Source: an uncultured Schlesneria sp. (lineage in GTDB: Bacteria; Planctomycetota; Planctomycetia; Planctomycetales; Planctomycetaceae). Taken from it: a stretch of 64,000 nucleotides of DNA. The notes beneath the pieces are model-generated. The model worked only from the letters and a program-made list of their open reading frames with translations. It did not search any database and was not told the DNA's origin. Made by a program: the position numbers and the translations under genes. Below are positions 27,286 through 40,032 of this stretch, one piece after another; the first letter of the stretch is position 1; each line of letters opens with the position of its first letter. The DNA lies in contig CAIULL010000126.1 of the NCBI GenBank assembly GCA_903899985.1, positions 170 to 64,169 of the forward strand, in the 5' to 3' direction.

Positions 27286-28278
27286 ATGAATCGATTGTTC
27301 TTTGCGCTCTTCGCACTTGTCAGTCTCTGCCAGCAGCCGATCGGGGCACAGGAAAAACCGTTTATCCCGCAGGACGGATTCGTGTCGTTGTTCGACGGCA
27401 AGTCGTTGGCAGGTTGGACCGGATCTGTCGCCAGCTACGCCGTTGAAAACGGAAACCTGGTTTGTATCGCGGGGGGCAAAGGGAATCTGCTGACCGAAAA
27501 GCAGTACACCGATTTCGTGATGGCATTTGAATTCAAACTGACCGAAGGTGCCAACAACGGGTTGGGAATTCGCTGCCCTAAAGTCGCAGAAGGAAGCCTG
27601 CATCTGGAGGGGATCGAGTTACAGATCCTGGATGACACGGCTGAGCAGTACAAAGCGCTGAAACCGTATCAGTACCATGGTTCTGCCTATGGCCTGATCG
27701 CCTCAAAACGAGGTTCGCTGAAACCGGTTGGCGAGTGGAATCATCAGGAAGTGACGGTCAAAGGACGAAACCTCACCGTCATTTTGAATGGCACGAAAAT
27801 CGTCGATGCCAATCTGGATGAAGCGACAAAGTCAGGGACACTGGACGGACAACTGCATCCCGGACTGGCTCGTCGTCGAGGACACATTGCGCTGCTGGGA
27901 CATGGTGACCGTGTCGATTTCCGTCATTTGCAGATTACAGAACTTCCACTGGACCATACTGGTGATTCACTGGAAACGGTCAAGAAGAAATTGAACGACA
28001 AGACTGCTGTTCTGGTCGACGTGCGGGAACTGAGCGAATGGAATGAAGCTCACGTTTCGGGAGCGATTTCTCTGCCGATCAGTTCGATCCAGAAAGGCCT
28101 GGATGCCAGCGTGTTATTAAAGCTCGTGCCGCAGGACAAGGTCATCTATACACACTGTCGAGCGGGTCGCCGCGCGTTAGCGGCAGCCGAAGAGCTTTTA
28201 AAACAAGGCTATGATGTCCGGCCGCTCAAACCTGGAATTCAGGAACTGCTCGACGCTGGATTTCCCAAAGCTCAATGA
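27286..28278 (+). CDS. Secreted DUF1080 (3-keto-disaccharide hydrolase-like) protein fused to a rhodanese domain
   Basis: Signal peptide, SLFDGKSLAGW, ELQILDD, GEWNHQEVTV, HGDRVDFR; then LVDVRELSEWNEAHVSGA and HCRAGRR. Confidence 0.85.
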   Translation: MNRLFFALFALVSLCQQPIGAQEKPFIPQDGFVSLFDGKSLAGWTGSVASYAVENGNLVCIAGGKGNLLTEKQYTDFVMAFEFKLTEGANNGLGIRCPKVAEGSLHLEGIELQILDDTAEQYKALKPYQYHGSAYGLIASKRGSLKPVGEWNHQEVTVKGRNLTVILNGTKIVDANLDEATKSGTLDGQLHPGLARRRGHIALLGHGDRVDFRHLQITELPLDHTGDSLETVKKKLNDKTAVLVDVRELSEWNEAHVSGAISLPISSIQKGLDASVLLKLVPQDKVIYTHCRAGRRALAAAEELLKQGYDVRPLKPGIQELLDAGFPKAQ

Positions 28279-29549
28279 TGATTCCAAACGGGAAGCAACT
28301 TATGTTCAATCGATTCCGCCTGACGGCGTGCTTATTTGTCGTGATGACCCAAGTCTCATTCGATTTCGAAAAACTTGATGCCGGTGACTGGCCACAAATC
28401 CTGGGGCCGAATCGCAATGGTATCGCCAGTGATGAGCGTTTGGTTGAGAAATGGACTGGCGGAAAGCCCAAACAGCTTTGGGATGCCCGTATTGGATCGG
28501 GTTTTGCCGGCGTCGCCGTTTCGGGCAATCTCGCGATCTTGTTTCATCGCGAAAAAGGAAACGACAAACTGACCGCCTTTAACGCTGAAACCGGGGAACT
28601 GGTCTGGAGCACGGCGTATCCGACAACGTTTCAGGCTCAGATCGTCGAAGACAACGGTCCACGAGCGGTTCCGACGATCTATGAAGATGCCGTTTATGCC
28701 TATTCGGCTCAAGGTGGACTGTATCGAGCCGATTTGAAGTCGGGCAAAAAGCTCTGGGAACGAAGCACCCACGAAGATTTCGGTGCAAGTGGGGGTTACT
28801 TCGGTGCGGGTTCGTCGCCACTCGTCGACGGTAAGCGAGTATTCGTGAATGTCGGTGGAGACAAAAAGAAAGCGGGTGTGGTTGCCTTTGACGTCAATTC
28901 GGGCGAGACGCTCTGGTCAGCCGTGAATGATCAGGCCAGCTATTCAGCACCTGTGCTGGCGACGATCGATGGCACACGACATCTGTTGTGTATCACGCGA
29001 CTGAATCTGGTCTCGCTTGATCCAGCAACGGGCGAGGAAAGGTTTCGGACGCCGTTTGGGCAACGCGGCCCCACTGTGAACGGAGCGATTCCCGTGATCA
29101 ATGGTCACCACGCCTTGTTGACTGCCAGCTATGGTATCGGGGCACAATGGCTGGAACTGACCGCAAAATCGGTCGATGTCGTCTGGAGCGATGACATTCT
29201 TTCCAGTCAGTATACGACACCCATCTTCGACGGTGGAGTCGTCTATGGCATCGACGGACGGCAGGATGGTGGCCCGATCTCGCTCAAGTGTTTTGATCCA
29301 GGAACTCAGAAAGTTTTCTGGTCGAAATCGGTTTCAGGTTATGCAACCTTAATCGCAGCGGGTGATAAGCTGCTGGTCATGCAAACCGACGGTGTCTTGA
29401 AAATCGTTCGACTGTCGAAAGCCGGCTACGAGGAACTGGGGTCGGCATCGCTACTCTCGGGGACGACCCGAGCGTTACCAGCACTCGCCAATGGACGCTT
29501 TTATGTTCGCAACGAAAAAACATTAGCCTGCTTCGATTTGTCAAAGTAA
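28275..29549 (+). CDS. PQQ-binding-like beta-propeller protein
   Basis: DWPQILGPNRNG, repeated W-containing blades (GELVWS, GKKLWE, GETLWS), ASYSAP, ALANGRFYVRN. Confidence 0.88.
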   Translation: MMIPNGKQLMFNRFRLTACLFVVMTQVSFDFEKLDAGDWPQILGPNRNGIASDERLVEKWTGGKPKQLWDARIGSGFAGVAVSGNLAILFHREKGNDKLTAFNAETGELVWSTAYPTTFQAQIVEDNGPRAVPTIYEDAVYAYSAQGGLYRADLKSGKKLWERSTHEDFGASGGYFGAGSSPLVDGKRVFVNVGGDKKKAGVVAFDVNSGETLWSAVNDQASYSAPVLATIDGTRHLLCITRLNLVSLDPATGEERFRTPFGQRGPTVNGAIPVINGHHALLTASYGIGAQWLELTAKSVDVVWSDDILSSQYTTPIFDGGVVYGIDGRQDGGPISLKCFDPGTQKVFWSKSVSGYATLIAAGDKLLVMQTDGVLKIVRLSKAGYEELGSASLLSGTTRALPALANGRFYVRNEKTLACFDLSK

Positions 29550-29589
29550 TGCTTGAATAACACAGCCCGAACATTGCCCGCATCACAAT

Positions 29590-29667
29590 GGGAGGGCGAG
29601 GCTGCTGCCGAGCCGCCAAGTCATGGGGTGTTCCTGCTTCGCAGCTCGGCAGGAGCAGCGCCCTCCC
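29590..29667. repeat. REP-like inverted repeat (GGGAGGGCGAGGCT.CTGCCGAGC family)
   Basis: GGGAGGGCGAGGCTGCTGCCGAGC ... GCTCGGCAGGAGCAGCGCCCTCCC in an intergenic region. Confidence 0.8.
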
Positions 29668-29724
29668 GATGCGGGATCTTCGCGGCAAGAAGAAACAACG
29701 CGTTAGTACTACGAACGGACGATC

Positions 29725-30945
29725 ATGCGTTTTGCCTTATTTTGTGATGACCTGTTGGCGAAACCCATCGTGGACGCTCTTGGCTCCCGTACTAGCGGGC
29801 ATCAGCTCAGCCATGCGGTTCGGGTCACCCATCAATCCGATGCGCTTCTGCACGGGCAAACGAACGTCCGCTTCGTCGAGCATTGGGAAGATTTGTTGAC
29901 TGCCAGGGACATTGATGCGGTGATTGTGGGTGGCAGCGATCAACTGATCCTCGAGGGAACCAAGCAGCTTGCTGCGGCCGGTATTCCAATTCTGTTTATT
30001 CCCAGAGCCGCACAAGGATCGACATTTGCCTACGAGTTAAGCCTGGTTCGAGACGATAACAATGTCTTGCTATGGCCTCTGTTCTGGCACCGCTTTGACG
30101 CGGCTGTGATCCGGTTAAAAAAGGCGATCCAGACCGGGGAACTTGGCAAAATTCAATTCCTGCAGGTGCAGCGTCTGATCGGGCAGGCGTCTGCGGGAAT
30201 TCCGATTTCCCAATCGCAAGTCGATGACGAATTGTTACACGATGTCGATTTACCCCGTTGGATGATCGGAGATTACGATCAGGTGACAGGCCTGCGCACG
30301 GCCGCATCGAATGAGGGGGTCCTGATTCAGAGTGTCGTTCTGGCCGGACGTTCGCTGCCCGAATCGAACTGGTCGATCAATTCGGTGGAAGGAGCAAATG
30401 ACTGGAAGCTTGTCGTTCGCGGCGATAAAGGGGTCGCTACGCTGCAACGGGACGGAATATCGAGACGATGGATTTGTGAGATTGCCGGTCAACTGGTTGA
30501 AGGAACCGAAAGTGAGACCGCTCGAACTTCGCTGGCGGCGTTTGCATCGGCGTTCGCCGACGTCGCTCATCCTTCGAAGGATGTCGCGAATGAACAACCG
30601 GCTCGCGATGTTTGGGGAGAACTGGTGAAATGCTATGAGACCGTGGATGCCACTCATCGTTCGGTCAGGCGCCGACGAACGATCGAACTGCATTTCGAGC
30701 CGATGTCGGAACGAGCAATCTTCAAAACTCAGATGACCGCAATCGGTTGCAGCCTTCTGGTCATCACTTTCTTCCTGACTCTTTGTTACCTTGGAATTGC
30801 CAGCCTGATACCGCTTCCCCCCACGGCCCTGGTCATCCTGCGGACGCTGGTATTTGCTCCGCTGTTCGTGTTTCTTGTCGCTCAAATACTGCTGCCACTG
30901 ACGCGACCTTCTTCTGCAGAACGACCACCTGCTGCCACGCGTTGA
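29725..30945 (+). CDS. Gfo/Idh/MocA-like oxidoreductase with C-terminal TM hairpin
   Basis: HWEDLLTARDIDAVIVG, IQTGELGKI, LLHDVDLPRW, AHRSVRRRRTIEL region; two C-terminal TMs. Confidence 0.75.
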   Translation: MRFALFCDDLLAKPIVDALGSRTSGHQLSHAVRVTHQSDALLHGQTNVRFVEHWEDLLTARDIDAVIVGGSDQLILEGTKQLAAAGIPILFIPRAAQGSTFAYELSLVRDDNNVLLWPLFWHRFDAAVIRLKKAIQTGELGKIQFLQVQRLIGQASAGIPISQSQVDDELLHDVDLPRWMIGDYDQVTGLRTAASNEGVLIQSVVLAGRSLPESNWSINSVEGANDWKLVVRGDKGVATLQRDGISRRWICEIAGQLVEGTESETARTSLAAFASAFADVAHPSKDVANEQPARDVWGELVKCYETVDATHRSVRRRRTIELHFEPMSERAIFKTQMTAIGCSLLVITFFLTLCYLGIASLIPLPPTALVILRTLVFAPLFVFLVAQILLPLTRPSSAERPPAATR

Positions 30946-33900
30946 CGATTCCAGAGGCGACTCCACCAGACGCAGAACCAGTCGAGATACAGGTAAACGA
31001 CTGGAGTCGTATACAGCGTCAGCATCTGACTGAAGATCAGGCCACCGACAATCGTGATTCCCATGGGCGTTCGCAGTTCGGAACCGACGCCGGTCCCCAT
31101 GGCCAGCGGCAGCCCACCCAATAGGGCTGCCAGCGTCGTCATCGTGATCGGGCGAAACCGCAGCAGACACGCTTCAAAAATCGCTTCTTCCGGCGACTTG
31201 CCATGATTGCGTTCCACCTCCAGTGCGAAGTCGATCATCATGATCGCGTTCTTCTTGACGATGCCAATAAGCAGCAGAATGCCAATCATGGCCATCACAT
31301 TCAGTTCAGCGTCGTAATACCGCAGCGCCAGGAACGCACCCACACCGGCCGAAAAGACTGTTGAAAGAATGGTAATCGGATGGATGTAGCTCTCGTAAAG
31401 CATTCCCAGCACGATATAGACGGTGACGAATGCCGCGACGATCAGCAGCAGTTGATTTTGCTTTGCGTCCTGAAAGGCCTGAGCTGTCCCCTGGAATCGA
31501 CCTTGAATACTTTCGGGCATCCCTAATTCTCGCGAGGCTTGTTCGATCTTGGGAACCACATCACCCAGCGATGTATTCTTGGCAAGATTGAATGAAATTG
31601 TCACCGACGGGAATTGTCCCGAGTGATTCACCGACAATGCCGAATTGTTTGCTGACTGCCGATACAACGTATTCAATGGAATTTGAGCGTCGTTCAGTCC
31701 GCGTAAAAAGATGTGCTTCAGCGAATCGGGATTCTGCGAGAATTCCGGCTCGACTTGCATCACTACGTGATATTGGTTCAGTGATTTATAGATCGTCGAG
31801 ACTTGCCTCTGTCCAAACGCGTCGTAGAGCGTGTTGTCGATCGTCGACATGCTGATTCCCAGACGCGCGGCTGTCGCTCGGTCGACATTCAGTCGTGTCT
31901 GCATCCCTTTATTCTGCTGGTCACTCGTCACGTCAACGATTCCGTCTAATTTGCGCATCACGCCAAGCAGTTTTGGTCCCCATTGATTCAGTTCTTCGAG
32001 GCTGTCCCCTTTGATCGTATACTGATACTGCGCACTGCTTCCTCGACCACCAATCCGCAAGTCCTGCACCGATTGAAGGACCAGCATTGCGCCGGGAATT
32101 CTGGACGTACTTTGGCGGATGCGAGCGATCACATCATCCGCCTTAATCTTTCTTTCCTCAATCGGCTTCAATGTGATGAACATTCGCCCCGAGTTCGACG
32201 CGCCGCTGTTCTGACCACCGACAAAGGCGATCATTCCCGAAACTGCCGGATCTTCACTGACAGTTTGCGAAAACTGCTGAAGCAGGCGTCTGAGTGACTG
32301 GAATGATGTGTCCTGGTCCGCGATCAGATTTCCTGTCAGGCGACCCGTATCCTGCTGTGGAAAGAATCCCTGTTTCGCAATCATGAAGAGATAGATCGTA
32401 AAGCCGATGGTCGAAAGGGTGACCACCATCGTAAACCGATGGTGCCGCAGCACCCAGGTAAGTGTTCGCTCGTAAACATAAAGGATGGCATCGAAGATCT
32501 TTTCGCTGAATTGATAAAGTCGCCCGCGCTGCTGATCGGTTTTTGCTTTCAGGAGGATTGCGCACATCATGGGAGTCGTTGTCAGCGAAACAACCAACGA
32601 GACCGCGATGGCCACGGTCATGGTGACCGCGAACTCGCGGAACAGTCGCCCGATGATTCCATTCATCAGCAGAATGGGAATAAAAACCGCAACAAGTGAA
32701 ACGCTGATGGAAAGGACAGTGAAGCCGATTTCTTTTGCCCCGAGCAGCGATGCTTCCATCGGGGACATGCCGGCTTCAATATGACGGGTGATATTTTCAA
32801 TCACGACAATGGCATCATCGACGACAAATCCGGTGGCGATTGTCAGTGCCATCAGCGAAAGATTATCCAGGCTGTATCCCGCGAGATACATCACGCCAAA
32901 CGTTCCTATCAGAGAGACCGGAACGGCAACGGTGGGAATCAGAGTCGCTCGCAAATCTCTTAAGAACAAGAACACAACCAGGATGACCAGTCCGATCGAG
33001 ATCAACAACGTGAACTGAACGTCGTTCAACGAGGCGCGAATTGTCCCCGTACGATCCATGGCGATCGAGAGATTCATGTCGGCAGGAATCTGTGCCTCAA
33101 GCTGCGGCAGCATCGCGACGATGCGGTCGACCGTGGCAATGATATTCGCCCCGGGTTGCCGAAAGATAATGATCGTGATTGCCGGCTTAGGGTTGGGTTT
33201 GCCGTCGAGCTTATCATCAGAGACACCGTATGCGCGGACATCTTCCACCGAGTCCGTCACCTTCGCGACGTCACGCAAACGAACCGGGGCACCGTTGCGA
33301 TAGACGATCATCAGTGGTTCGTATTCCGATGCCGTCATCAACTGGTCTGTGGAGTTAATCGACCAGGTCCGTTCGCCGTCAGCAATGGAGCCCTTGGGAC
33401 GATTGGCGTTCGCGTTACCCAATGCCGTACGGACATCTTCCAGTCCGATCCCGAAATGGTTCAGAACGGTTGGATTCAGATCGACTCGAACTGCCGGGGC
33501 CGATCCACCACCAACGCCCACCTGACCAACGCCCGGTATTTGAGCTAGACGCTGCTGAAGAATCGTTGAAGCCGCATCGAACATTTGTGCTTTGGTATAA
33601 GTGTCAGACGTGACCGCCAGCATCATGATCGGTGAGTCGGCCGGATTGACTTTCTTATATGAAGGATTGTTCGGAAGATTGGCAGGAAGCTGTCCGCGTG
33701 CTGCGTTGATTGCCGCCTGGACGTCCCGGGCCGCTGCGTTGATGTCGCGATCGAGATCGAACTGGATCGTAATCGAGGTCGTCCCCAGCGTGCTGGCGGA
33801 GGTCATTTCAGCAATACCGGCAATTCGACCGAATTGCCGTTCGAGCGGCGTTGCCACAGCCGAGGCCATTGTTTCAGGACTGGCTCCCGGCAGATTCGCT

Positions 33901-34043
33901 GTGACAGAGAGGGTTGGAAAATCAATCTGAGGCAACGGCGAAACAGGGAGCATCATGTAGCCGAGCGCCCCGGCTAACGTAATGGCGATCGTGAGTAACG
34001 TCGTTCCCACAGGCCGATGCACGAAGGGAGATGAGAGACTCAT
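30882..34043 (-). CDS. mdtC: RND multidrug efflux permease MdtC
   Basis: [60 protein letters not shown]. Confidence 0.92.
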   Translation of the reverse strand: MSLSSPFVHRPVGTTLLTIAITLAGALGYMMLPVSPLPQIDFPTLSVTANLPGASPETMASAVATPLERQFGRIAGIAEMTSASTLGTTSITIQFDLDRDINAAARDVQAAINAARGQLPANLPNNPSYKKVNPADSPIMMLAVTSDTYTKAQMFDAASTILQQRLAQIPGVGQVGVGGGSAPAVRVDLNPTVLNHFGIGLEDVRTALGNANANRPKGSIADGERTWSINSTDQLMTASEYEPLMIVYRNGAPVRLRDVAKVTDSVEDVRAYGVSDDKLDGKPNPKPAITIIIFRQPGANIIATVDRIVAMLPQLEAQIPADMNLSIAMDRTGTIRASLNDVQFTLLISIGLVILVVFLFLRDLRATLIPTVAVPVSLIGTFGVMYLAGYSLDNLSLMALTIATGFVVDDAIVVIENITRHIEAGMSPMEASLLGAKEIGFTVLSISVSLVAVFIPILLMNGIIGRLFREFAVTMTVAIAVSLVVSLTTTPMMCAILLKAKTDQQRGRLYQFSEKIFDAILYVYERTLTWVLRHHRFTMVVTLSTIGFTIYLFMIAKQGFFPQQDTGRLTGNLIADQDTSFQSLRRLLQQFSQTVSEDPAVSGMIAFVGGQNSGASNSGRMFITLKPIEERKIKADDVIARIRQSTSRIPGAMLVLQSVQDLRIGGRGSSAQYQYTIKGDSLEELNQWGPKLLGVMRKLDGIVDVTSDQQNKGMQTRLNVDRATAARLGISMSTIDNTLYDAFGQRQVSTIYKSLNQYHVVMQVEPEFSQNPDSLKHIFLRGLNDAQIPLNTLYRQSANNSALSVNHSGQFPSVTISFNLAKNTSLGDVVPKIEQASRELGMPESIQGRFQGTAQAFQDAKQNQLLLIVAAFVTVYIVLGMLYESYIHPITILSTVFSAGVGAFLALRYYDAELNVMAMIGILLLIGIVKKNAIMMIDFALEVERNHGKSPEEAIFEACLLRFRPITMTTLAALLGGLPLAMGTGVGSELRTPMGITIVGGLIFSQMLTLYTTPVVYLYLDWFCVWWSRLWNRQRVAAGGRSAEEGRVSGSSI

Positions 34044-37000
34044 TCAGCCTCTCCTTTCGCTGGCACCGACTTCGTCCCGAATCCAATCGATGTTGCCAGC
34101 CAGTCAAACCACAAGTAGATCACGGGTGTCGTATAAAGAGTCAGCAACTGACTGAAGATCAAACCGCCGATAATCGTAATACCGAGTGGTCGACGAAGCT
34201 CAGAACCAACACCCGTTCCCATCGCCAGCGGCACAGCACCCAGCAGTGCCGCCATCGTCGTCATCATGATTGGCCGGAACCTTAGCAGACAGGCTTCGAA
34301 GATCGCGTCGCGCGGTGACTTACCCTGATTGCGTTGGGCTTCCAGCGCGAAGTCGATCATCATGATCGCGTTTTTCTTCACAATTCCGATCAGCAGAATA
34401 ATACCGATCAGGGCGATGACGCTTAAGTCGGTTTTGCAATAGAGCAAGGCCAGCAGCGCCCCGACACCCGCTGACGGAAGCGTTGAAAGAATCGTAATCG
34501 GATGAATGTAGCTCTCGTACAAAACGCCCAGCACGATATAGACAGTAATCAGTGCGGCCAGGATCAGGATCGGAGTGTTCTTTAACGACGCCTGAAATGC
34601 TTCTGCTGTCCCCTGGAATCCCGAGACAATGCTTTCTGGAAGTTCAAGTTCTCGTTTCGCCTCGGCGATCACTTCGACCGCTTCGCCGAGCGAAACGCCG
34701 GGAGCGAGATTGAACGAGATCGTCACCACAGGGAACTGTCCCTGATGGTTCACCGTTAACGGAGTCGTCGATTCGACGATCCGGGTAAAACTGTTCAGCG
34801 GGACCATTCCCCCTTCGGGAGCGCGAATGTAAATCTCTTTCAGATCGCGTGGTTCATTCTTGAATTCGGGCTTCACTTCCAGCACAAGCCGATACTGATT
34901 CAATTGCGTGAACATGATCGAAATCTGACGCTGGCCGAACGCATCGTACAACGCGTCGTCAATCATCTGCGGCGTGATTCCCATTCGTGACGCGGTATCG
35001 CGGTCAATGACAACGTTTGCCTGTAAGCCTGCGTTTTGCTGATCGCTGGCAACATCGCGCAACTGCGGTAATTCCTGCAATTTGCGGACAAACTTCGGTG
35101 CCCATTCGCCCAGTTCTTTCGCGTCAGGATCTTCCAGGCTGTACTGATATTGCGTGCGACTGACACGAGTCTCGACAGACAGATCTTGAATCGGCTGCAT
35201 GTACAGCGTAATTCCCGTCACGGACGCCAGTCGCGGAGAAAGCCGATGGATCACCTCCATCGCACTGATCTTCCGCTCTTCAAGCGGCTTCAGATTGATC
35301 TGGATCCGACCGCTGTTCATCGTGGTATTCGTTCCATCGATTCCAATAAAGCTCGACAAACTTTCGACTGCCGGATCGGCCAGGATCGCCCGGTTCAATT
35401 CCTGCTGACGTGTGGCCATGGCGTCGAACGAGATGTTTTGCGGTGCATCGGAGATTCCGAGAATCACCCCTGTATCCTGCACAGGGAAAAATCCTTTCGG
35501 CACGAGCAAATAGAGATAGATGGTCGCCGCAATCGTCACGATCGAAACAAGCTGAGTCAGTGCCTGGTGACGCAAAACAACGGTCAGCGTTTTGCCATAC
35601 AACCAGATCACGGATTCGAAGGCATATTCAGAAGCCTTGTAGAAACGGCTATGCTGCGAGGGGGGTGTATGACGCAGAAGCTTGGCGCACATCATCGGTG
35701 TCAGCGTCAACGAAACGATCGCAGACAGCAGAATTGTCACACTAAGAGTGACCGCAAATTCGCGAAAAAGTCGGCCGACGATATCACCCATAAACAACAA
35801 CGGGATCAAAACGGCGATCAAAGAAACGCTTAATGAGACGATCGTAAAGCCGATTTGTTCCGAACCCTTCAGCGATGCTTCAAGGGGCGATTCTCCCTCT
35901 TCGATATATCGCATGATGTTTTCGACCATCACGATTGCGTCATCGACGACGAATCCAGTCGAAATTGTCAGGGCCATCAAGGTCAGATTGTTGAGACTAT
36001 AACCGAGCATGTACATCACACCGAACGTTCCGACCAGCGAAAGAGGCACGGCAACGCTGGGGATGACCGTCGCGGCGAAGTTACGCAGGAAAACGAAGAT
36101 CACGAAGACCACCAGGCCAATCGTCAGCATCAGTTCGAACTGGACATCCTCGACAGACGCTCGGATCGTCAACGTTCGGTCAGTCAGGATTTTGATCGAA
36201 ACCGACGGTGGCAACGTCCCGGAAAGCTGGGGCAATAAGGCCTTCACGCGATCGACGACCTCGATGATATTGGCACCCGGTTGTCGCTGGATGTTGACGA
36301 TGACAGCAGGAGTTTCGTTCATCCAGGCGGCCTGCCGAACGTTCTCGATCCCGTCCGTGACGTCGGCCACTTCAGTCAGCCTGATCGGCCCGCCGGGACG
36401 ATAAGCGATGATGAGTTGACGATATTGCTCGCTGGTCAAAAGCTGATCATTAGCACCAATCGTGTAAGCCTGGCGAGTGCCATCAAAGCTCCCCTTCGCC
36501 TGATTCACGTTCGCGGCTGCCAGTGCGTTTCGCAGATCCTCCATATTCAGGCCGAGAGCGGAAAGGGCCATGGGGTTGGCCTGAACGCGAATCGCCGGCT
36601 TTTGCCCGCCACTGATGCTGACCATACCCACCCCGCCCAATTGCGAGATTTTTTGAGCCAGGCGAGTATCCGCGAGGTCTTCGACTTTCGACAAAGGAAG
36701 CGTATCCGAAGAGAGTGCCAGAGTCAGAATCGGGGCGTCGGCTGGATTTGTCTTTGTATAGATCGGCGGATTGGGGAGGTCTTTTGGCAGGAATGTTGAC
36801 GCGACGTTGATGGCAGCTTGAACCTGTTGAGCGGCCACGTCGATATTCAGTTCCAGCGCAAAGCGCAGCGTGATGACTGACAGACTTTCGGAGCTGGATG
36901 AGGTCATCTGGGTCAGGCCGGGGACCTGTCCGAATTGTCGTTCCAGCGGCGCGGTGACCGACGAAGTCATGACTTCCGGACCGGCACCCGGGTAAAAGGT

Positions 37001-37144
37001 CACAACCTGAATCGTCGGATAATCAACCTGTGGCAGCGCAGAAACGGGCAGTTCCCAGTACGCGACAATCCCCGAGAGAAGCAGTGCCACCATCAGCAGC
37101 ACGGTCGCGACCGGCCGCAAAATAAATGGCCGGGACGGGTTCAT
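34040..37144 (-). CDS. mdtB: RND multidrug efflux permease MdtB
   Basis: [48 protein letters not shown]. Confidence 0.93.
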   Translation of the reverse strand: MNPSRPFILRPVATVLLMVALLLSGIVAYWELPVSALPQVDYPTIQVVTFYPGAGPEVMTSSVTAPLERQFGQVPGLTQMTSSSSESLSVITLRFALELNIDVAAQQVQAAINVASTFLPKDLPNPPIYTKTNPADAPILTLALSSDTLPLSKVEDLADTRLAQKISQLGGVGMVSISGGQKPAIRVQANPMALSALGLNMEDLRNALAAANVNQAKGSFDGTRQAYTIGANDQLLTSEQYRQLIIAYRPGGPIRLTEVADVTDGIENVRQAAWMNETPAVIVNIQRQPGANIIEVVDRVKALLPQLSGTLPPSVSIKILTDRTLTIRASVEDVQFELMLTIGLVVFVIFVFLRNFAATVIPSVAVPLSLVGTFGVMYMLGYSLNNLTLMALTISTGFVVDDAIVMVENIMRYIEEGESPLEASLKGSEQIGFTIVSLSVSLIAVLIPLLFMGDIVGRLFREFAVTLSVTILLSAIVSLTLTPMMCAKLLRHTPPSQHSRFYKASEYAFESVIWLYGKTLTVVLRHQALTQLVSIVTIAATIYLYLLVPKGFFPVQDTGVILGISDAPQNISFDAMATRQQELNRAILADPAVESLSSFIGIDGTNTTMNSGRIQINLKPLEERKISAMEVIHRLSPRLASVTGITLYMQPIQDLSVETRVSRTQYQYSLEDPDAKELGEWAPKFVRKLQELPQLRDVASDQQNAGLQANVVIDRDTASRMGITPQMIDDALYDAFGQRQISIMFTQLNQYRLVLEVKPEFKNEPRDLKEIYIRAPEGGMVPLNSFTRIVESTTPLTVNHQGQFPVVTISFNLAPGVSLGEAVEVIAEAKRELELPESIVSGFQGTAEAFQASLKNTPILILAALITVYIVLGVLYESYIHPITILSTLPSAGVGALLALLYCKTDLSVIALIGIILLIGIVKKNAIMMIDFALEAQRNQGKSPRDAIFEACLLRFRPIMMTTMAALLGAVPLAMGTGVGSELRRPLGITIIGGLIFSQLLTLYTTPVIYLWFDWLATSIGFGTKSVPAKGEAE

Positions 37145-38622
37145 GTCGAACCCTTCTTACCAGAAGAATTTTCCGGGGGACCTTTTCCATCCCTGGACTT
37201 TGGTTTCTCGTCTGTTCCTTCAGGCTTTTTGCGTTCGTTATCAGGACTCTTTTCGTCTGGGCCCTTCTTTTCCGCCGCGGCGTTCTCTTTTGCCCGTTCT
37301 TTTTCCTTCTCTTTTTCGCGTGTCGTAATCATCGCCTTCGGCTGCAGCTTGTCGATCCCTTCAGTGACGACGATTTCACCAGGAGAAAGCCCGGATTCGA
37401 TGGACGTCTCTGAGCCTTCTGCCAGCCCGACTTTCACGGTTCGCAAGTCAACGGTGTCATCCTCTTGAACGACATACACAAATACAGAAGTGGGACCACG
37501 CTGAACTGCTGAGGTTGGTACGACGATCGCATTGCGTCTGGTATCCACCAGAAGCCGGGCATTGACGAATTGATTGGGAAACAGCATGCCGTCTTCGTTA
37601 TCAAAAACAGCTTTCAAGCGAACAGTACCGGTGGTGGAATCAACCTGATTGTCAATTGCCAACAGCTTTCCCGATGCGAGTTTGATTTTGAAATCGCGAT
37701 CATAGGCATCAACGGATAATGGTTGACCACTGCTCTGCGGCTTCTGGACCCGGGAAATATCATCCTGAGGAATGGTAAACACAATTGAAATCGGTTGAAG
37801 CTGCGTAATCACCGCCAGACCCATCGGATCGTTGGCCCTGACGATATTCCCCTGATCAACCAGGCGAAGGCCGATTCGACCACTGATTGGCGCGGTAATG
37901 TGACAGTAGGCGAGTTGCAGTTTCGCGTTCTCCACGGCAGCCAGGTCCGATTGAATGGCCCCTGCCATTTGCTGAACCAGGGCACGTTGTTCATCGACCT
38001 GCTGTGCCGTGATGGACTTGGAAAGAATCAGCTCTTGATAGCGTTTAAAGGTGAAGTCGGCTGACTTCAAGGTTGCTTCGTCCCGTGCAAGTTGTCCCTG
38101 GGCCTGCTGCAGTTGAACATCGAATGGCCGTCGGTCAATTTCTGCCAGCAAGCTTCCTTCTTCGACCACCTGACCTTCCGTGAAGGCGACTTTGACCAGT
38201 TCACCTTCGACACGGCTGCGAATGGTCACCGTCTTGAAGGCTGTGACGGTTCCCAACCCGTTGATAAAGACATCCATATCCTTCTGCTGCACGATTGCGG
38301 TGACGACAGGAACCGGCGGTCTCGGAGGCTTTTTTGCCCCGGCCGCGCCACTTTCCACAATGCCAATCTGCTTTGAGAACCAGGGCCACCAGGTCTCGCG
38401 ATAGACCCACCCTCCCGTACACAGACCAATCGCGATCAGCCAGAACAAAAGACTGCTGATCGCGCCCCACCATGTTCCAGCCGGTTCTGGTGAGGGAACG
38501 GGATTCGGATTCGGCAACTCAGAGACCGGCCGCTCGACTCGTTCCGGCGTGAAGACTGGTCGATCTTTCAGGGCTTCCGGAGAGGAAACAGGCCGGGCAA
38601 CGGGGGGTTTAGAAATCATCAA
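37141..38622 (-). CDS. mdtA: RND efflux membrane fusion protein MdtA
   Basis: [60 protein letters not shown]. Confidence 0.92.
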   Translation of the reverse strand: MMISKPPVARPVSSPEALKDRPVFTPERVERPVSELPNPNPVPSPEPAGTWWGAISSLLFWLIAIGLCTGGWVYRETWWPWFSKQIGIVESGAAGAKKPPRPPVPVVTAIVQQKDMDVFINGLGTVTAFKTVTIRSRVEGELVKVAFTEGQVVEEGSLLAEIDRRPFDVQLQQAQGQLARDEATLKSADFTFKRYQELILSKSITAQQVDEQRALVQQMAGAIQSDLAAVENAKLQLAYCHITAPISGRIGLRLVDQGNIVRANDPMGLAVITQLQPISIVFTIPQDDISRVQKPQSSGQPLSVDAYDRDFKIKLASGKLLAIDNQVDSTTGTVRLKAVFDNEDGMLFPNQFVNARLLVDTRRNAIVVPTSAVQRGPTSVFVYVVQEDDTVDLRTVKVGLAEGSETSIESGLSPGEIVVTEGIDKLQPKAMITTREKEKEKERAKENAAAEKKGPDEKSPDNERKKPEGTDEKPKSRDGKGPPENSSGKKGST

Positions 38623-38925
38623 GCAGTACCTTAATCTCTCTTATTCCCGAACCCGAAGTCTGCTCATGTAGTCTTGCCGAGGATCTCACGTCGACCTGAT
38701 ACGCTCAGTGGAATCCCACAAATCTAAAACCCTGGAAAAGGAATTTCCATAAGCGAACAACGTTTTGCTCAGATCATGATCATTTCACAAACGTCTTGTG
38801 ACGTTTCTGCCATCAAAACCTCATGAAACGAGTCCGAACTTATGGATAATTCCTATTAATTAGTCTGAACGGGCAGCTTCACGACTTCGTGACCGTGATG
38901 ACGCAGCAAAGTCTGCGCCATGACT

Positions 38926-40032
38926 TTATGGTAGAGGAACCGTTCGTAAATCCTGGGTCCCGTCCGGGGATTGGACGAGCAGCAGAACTCTTTCGTCATT
39001 AAAGCGATCAAGCTGGACAACCCCCTGAAGTTCCTTGATCGTTTCATAGGACTGACCGGCGGTGTCTTTCACAGGGGTGGTGATCCCTTCATTGCGGGCG
39101 ATGTTCTCGGTACTGATCTTCATCACGCCACGAGCCGAGTTCGACAGCAAGAGAAAATCATGCCCGTCTTTGCGGTAAGCAATCATGTCCAGAGGCTGAT
39201 TGCGATTCCCCAGTTCCGCCACAGTCGTTCCGCGAGTCTTCTCGGCTGGCTTGAGATCGCTGATGGGAAATCGGACGAGTGGCGTGCAGACGAAACCCGC
39301 AAGCAGACTTGGTTCGCCGTTGATATTCATCGGGACGAACGTCCGAATCGCTGACGTGCTCTCAACCTTTCCGTGAGCACCGTGAAAAATCTCGACGCTG
39401 GTGCCGGCCGATCCTTCGGTGAACGGGAACGGAATCTGGTGCACGCTTGAAGGAGAGGTTCCTGTGGCAAGTCCTGACGCGAAGACTTTCCCCTCGGCAT
39501 AAGCCAGGTCCGTGATCGAATCGTTTCGTGCATTTCGCGTGCGCCCATTGACGGTCACGTCTTTGTCCTCAGGTGCATCAGGCAGCACGACCTTCTGAAA
39601 GGGAATATTCTTCAACGAGACTTCGGTCAGTTTGCCCGTCTTAGCAACCCGAACGATAGCAGGCGTTGCGTCAGCACCTTTTCCCTTGGTCACGGACACA
39701 AACGCGGCATAAGTCAACGGATTGACCGCCAGATCATTGATTGCAATGTTTTCAGGTGTGGTTCCCAGCAGCGCCGCGATCTCCTTATTCAGGCCCGAAA
39801 CTTGAATCTCGACGTACGATCGATCACTGATGACGTCTCCCGTGGCAATAGCGAAGATCGTCGCACTTTTACTGTCGCCGACAAACAGAATGCCATCCGG
39901 CCCAAATGCGATTGACCCGGCTGACTTTAATTCTGGGGTCCCTTCCTTCAATCCCCAATCAGCAGACTGGCCGACGGAAATTGACAGCAGCCAACAGACG
40001 GTGGCGCAGATGCAGACATTCGAAACGCGCAT
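38926..40032 (-). CDS. Secreted hypothetical protein (possible beta-propeller)
   Basis: Signal peptide from ATG 40032; SAGSIAFGPDGILFVGDS, INDLAVNP, ITDLAYAEG, GNRNQPLDM. Confidence 0.7.
   Translation of the reverse strand: MRVSNVCICATVCWLLSISVGQSADWGLKEGTPELKSAGSIAFGPDGILFVGDSKSATIFAIATGDVISDRSYVEIQVSGLNKEIAALLGTTPENIAINDLAVNPLTYAAFVSVTKGKGADATPAIVRVAKTGKLTEVSLKNIPFQKVVLPDAPEDKDVTVNGRTRNARNDSITDLAYAEGKVFASGLATGTSPSSVHQIPFPFTEGSAGTSVEIFHGAHGKVESTSAIRTFVPMNINGEPSLLAGFVCTPLVRFPISDLKPAEKTRGTTVAELGNRNQPLDMIAYRKDGHDFLLLSNSARGVMKISTENIARNEGITTPVKDTAGQSYETIKELQGVVQLDRFNDERVLLLVQSPDGTQDLRTVPLP

Noticed and set aside
30882-30945. 64-bp convergent overlap of mdtC and the Gfo/Idh/MocA gene
   Set aside because: Both tails are low-information; short 3' overlaps are common and do not imply antisense regulation.
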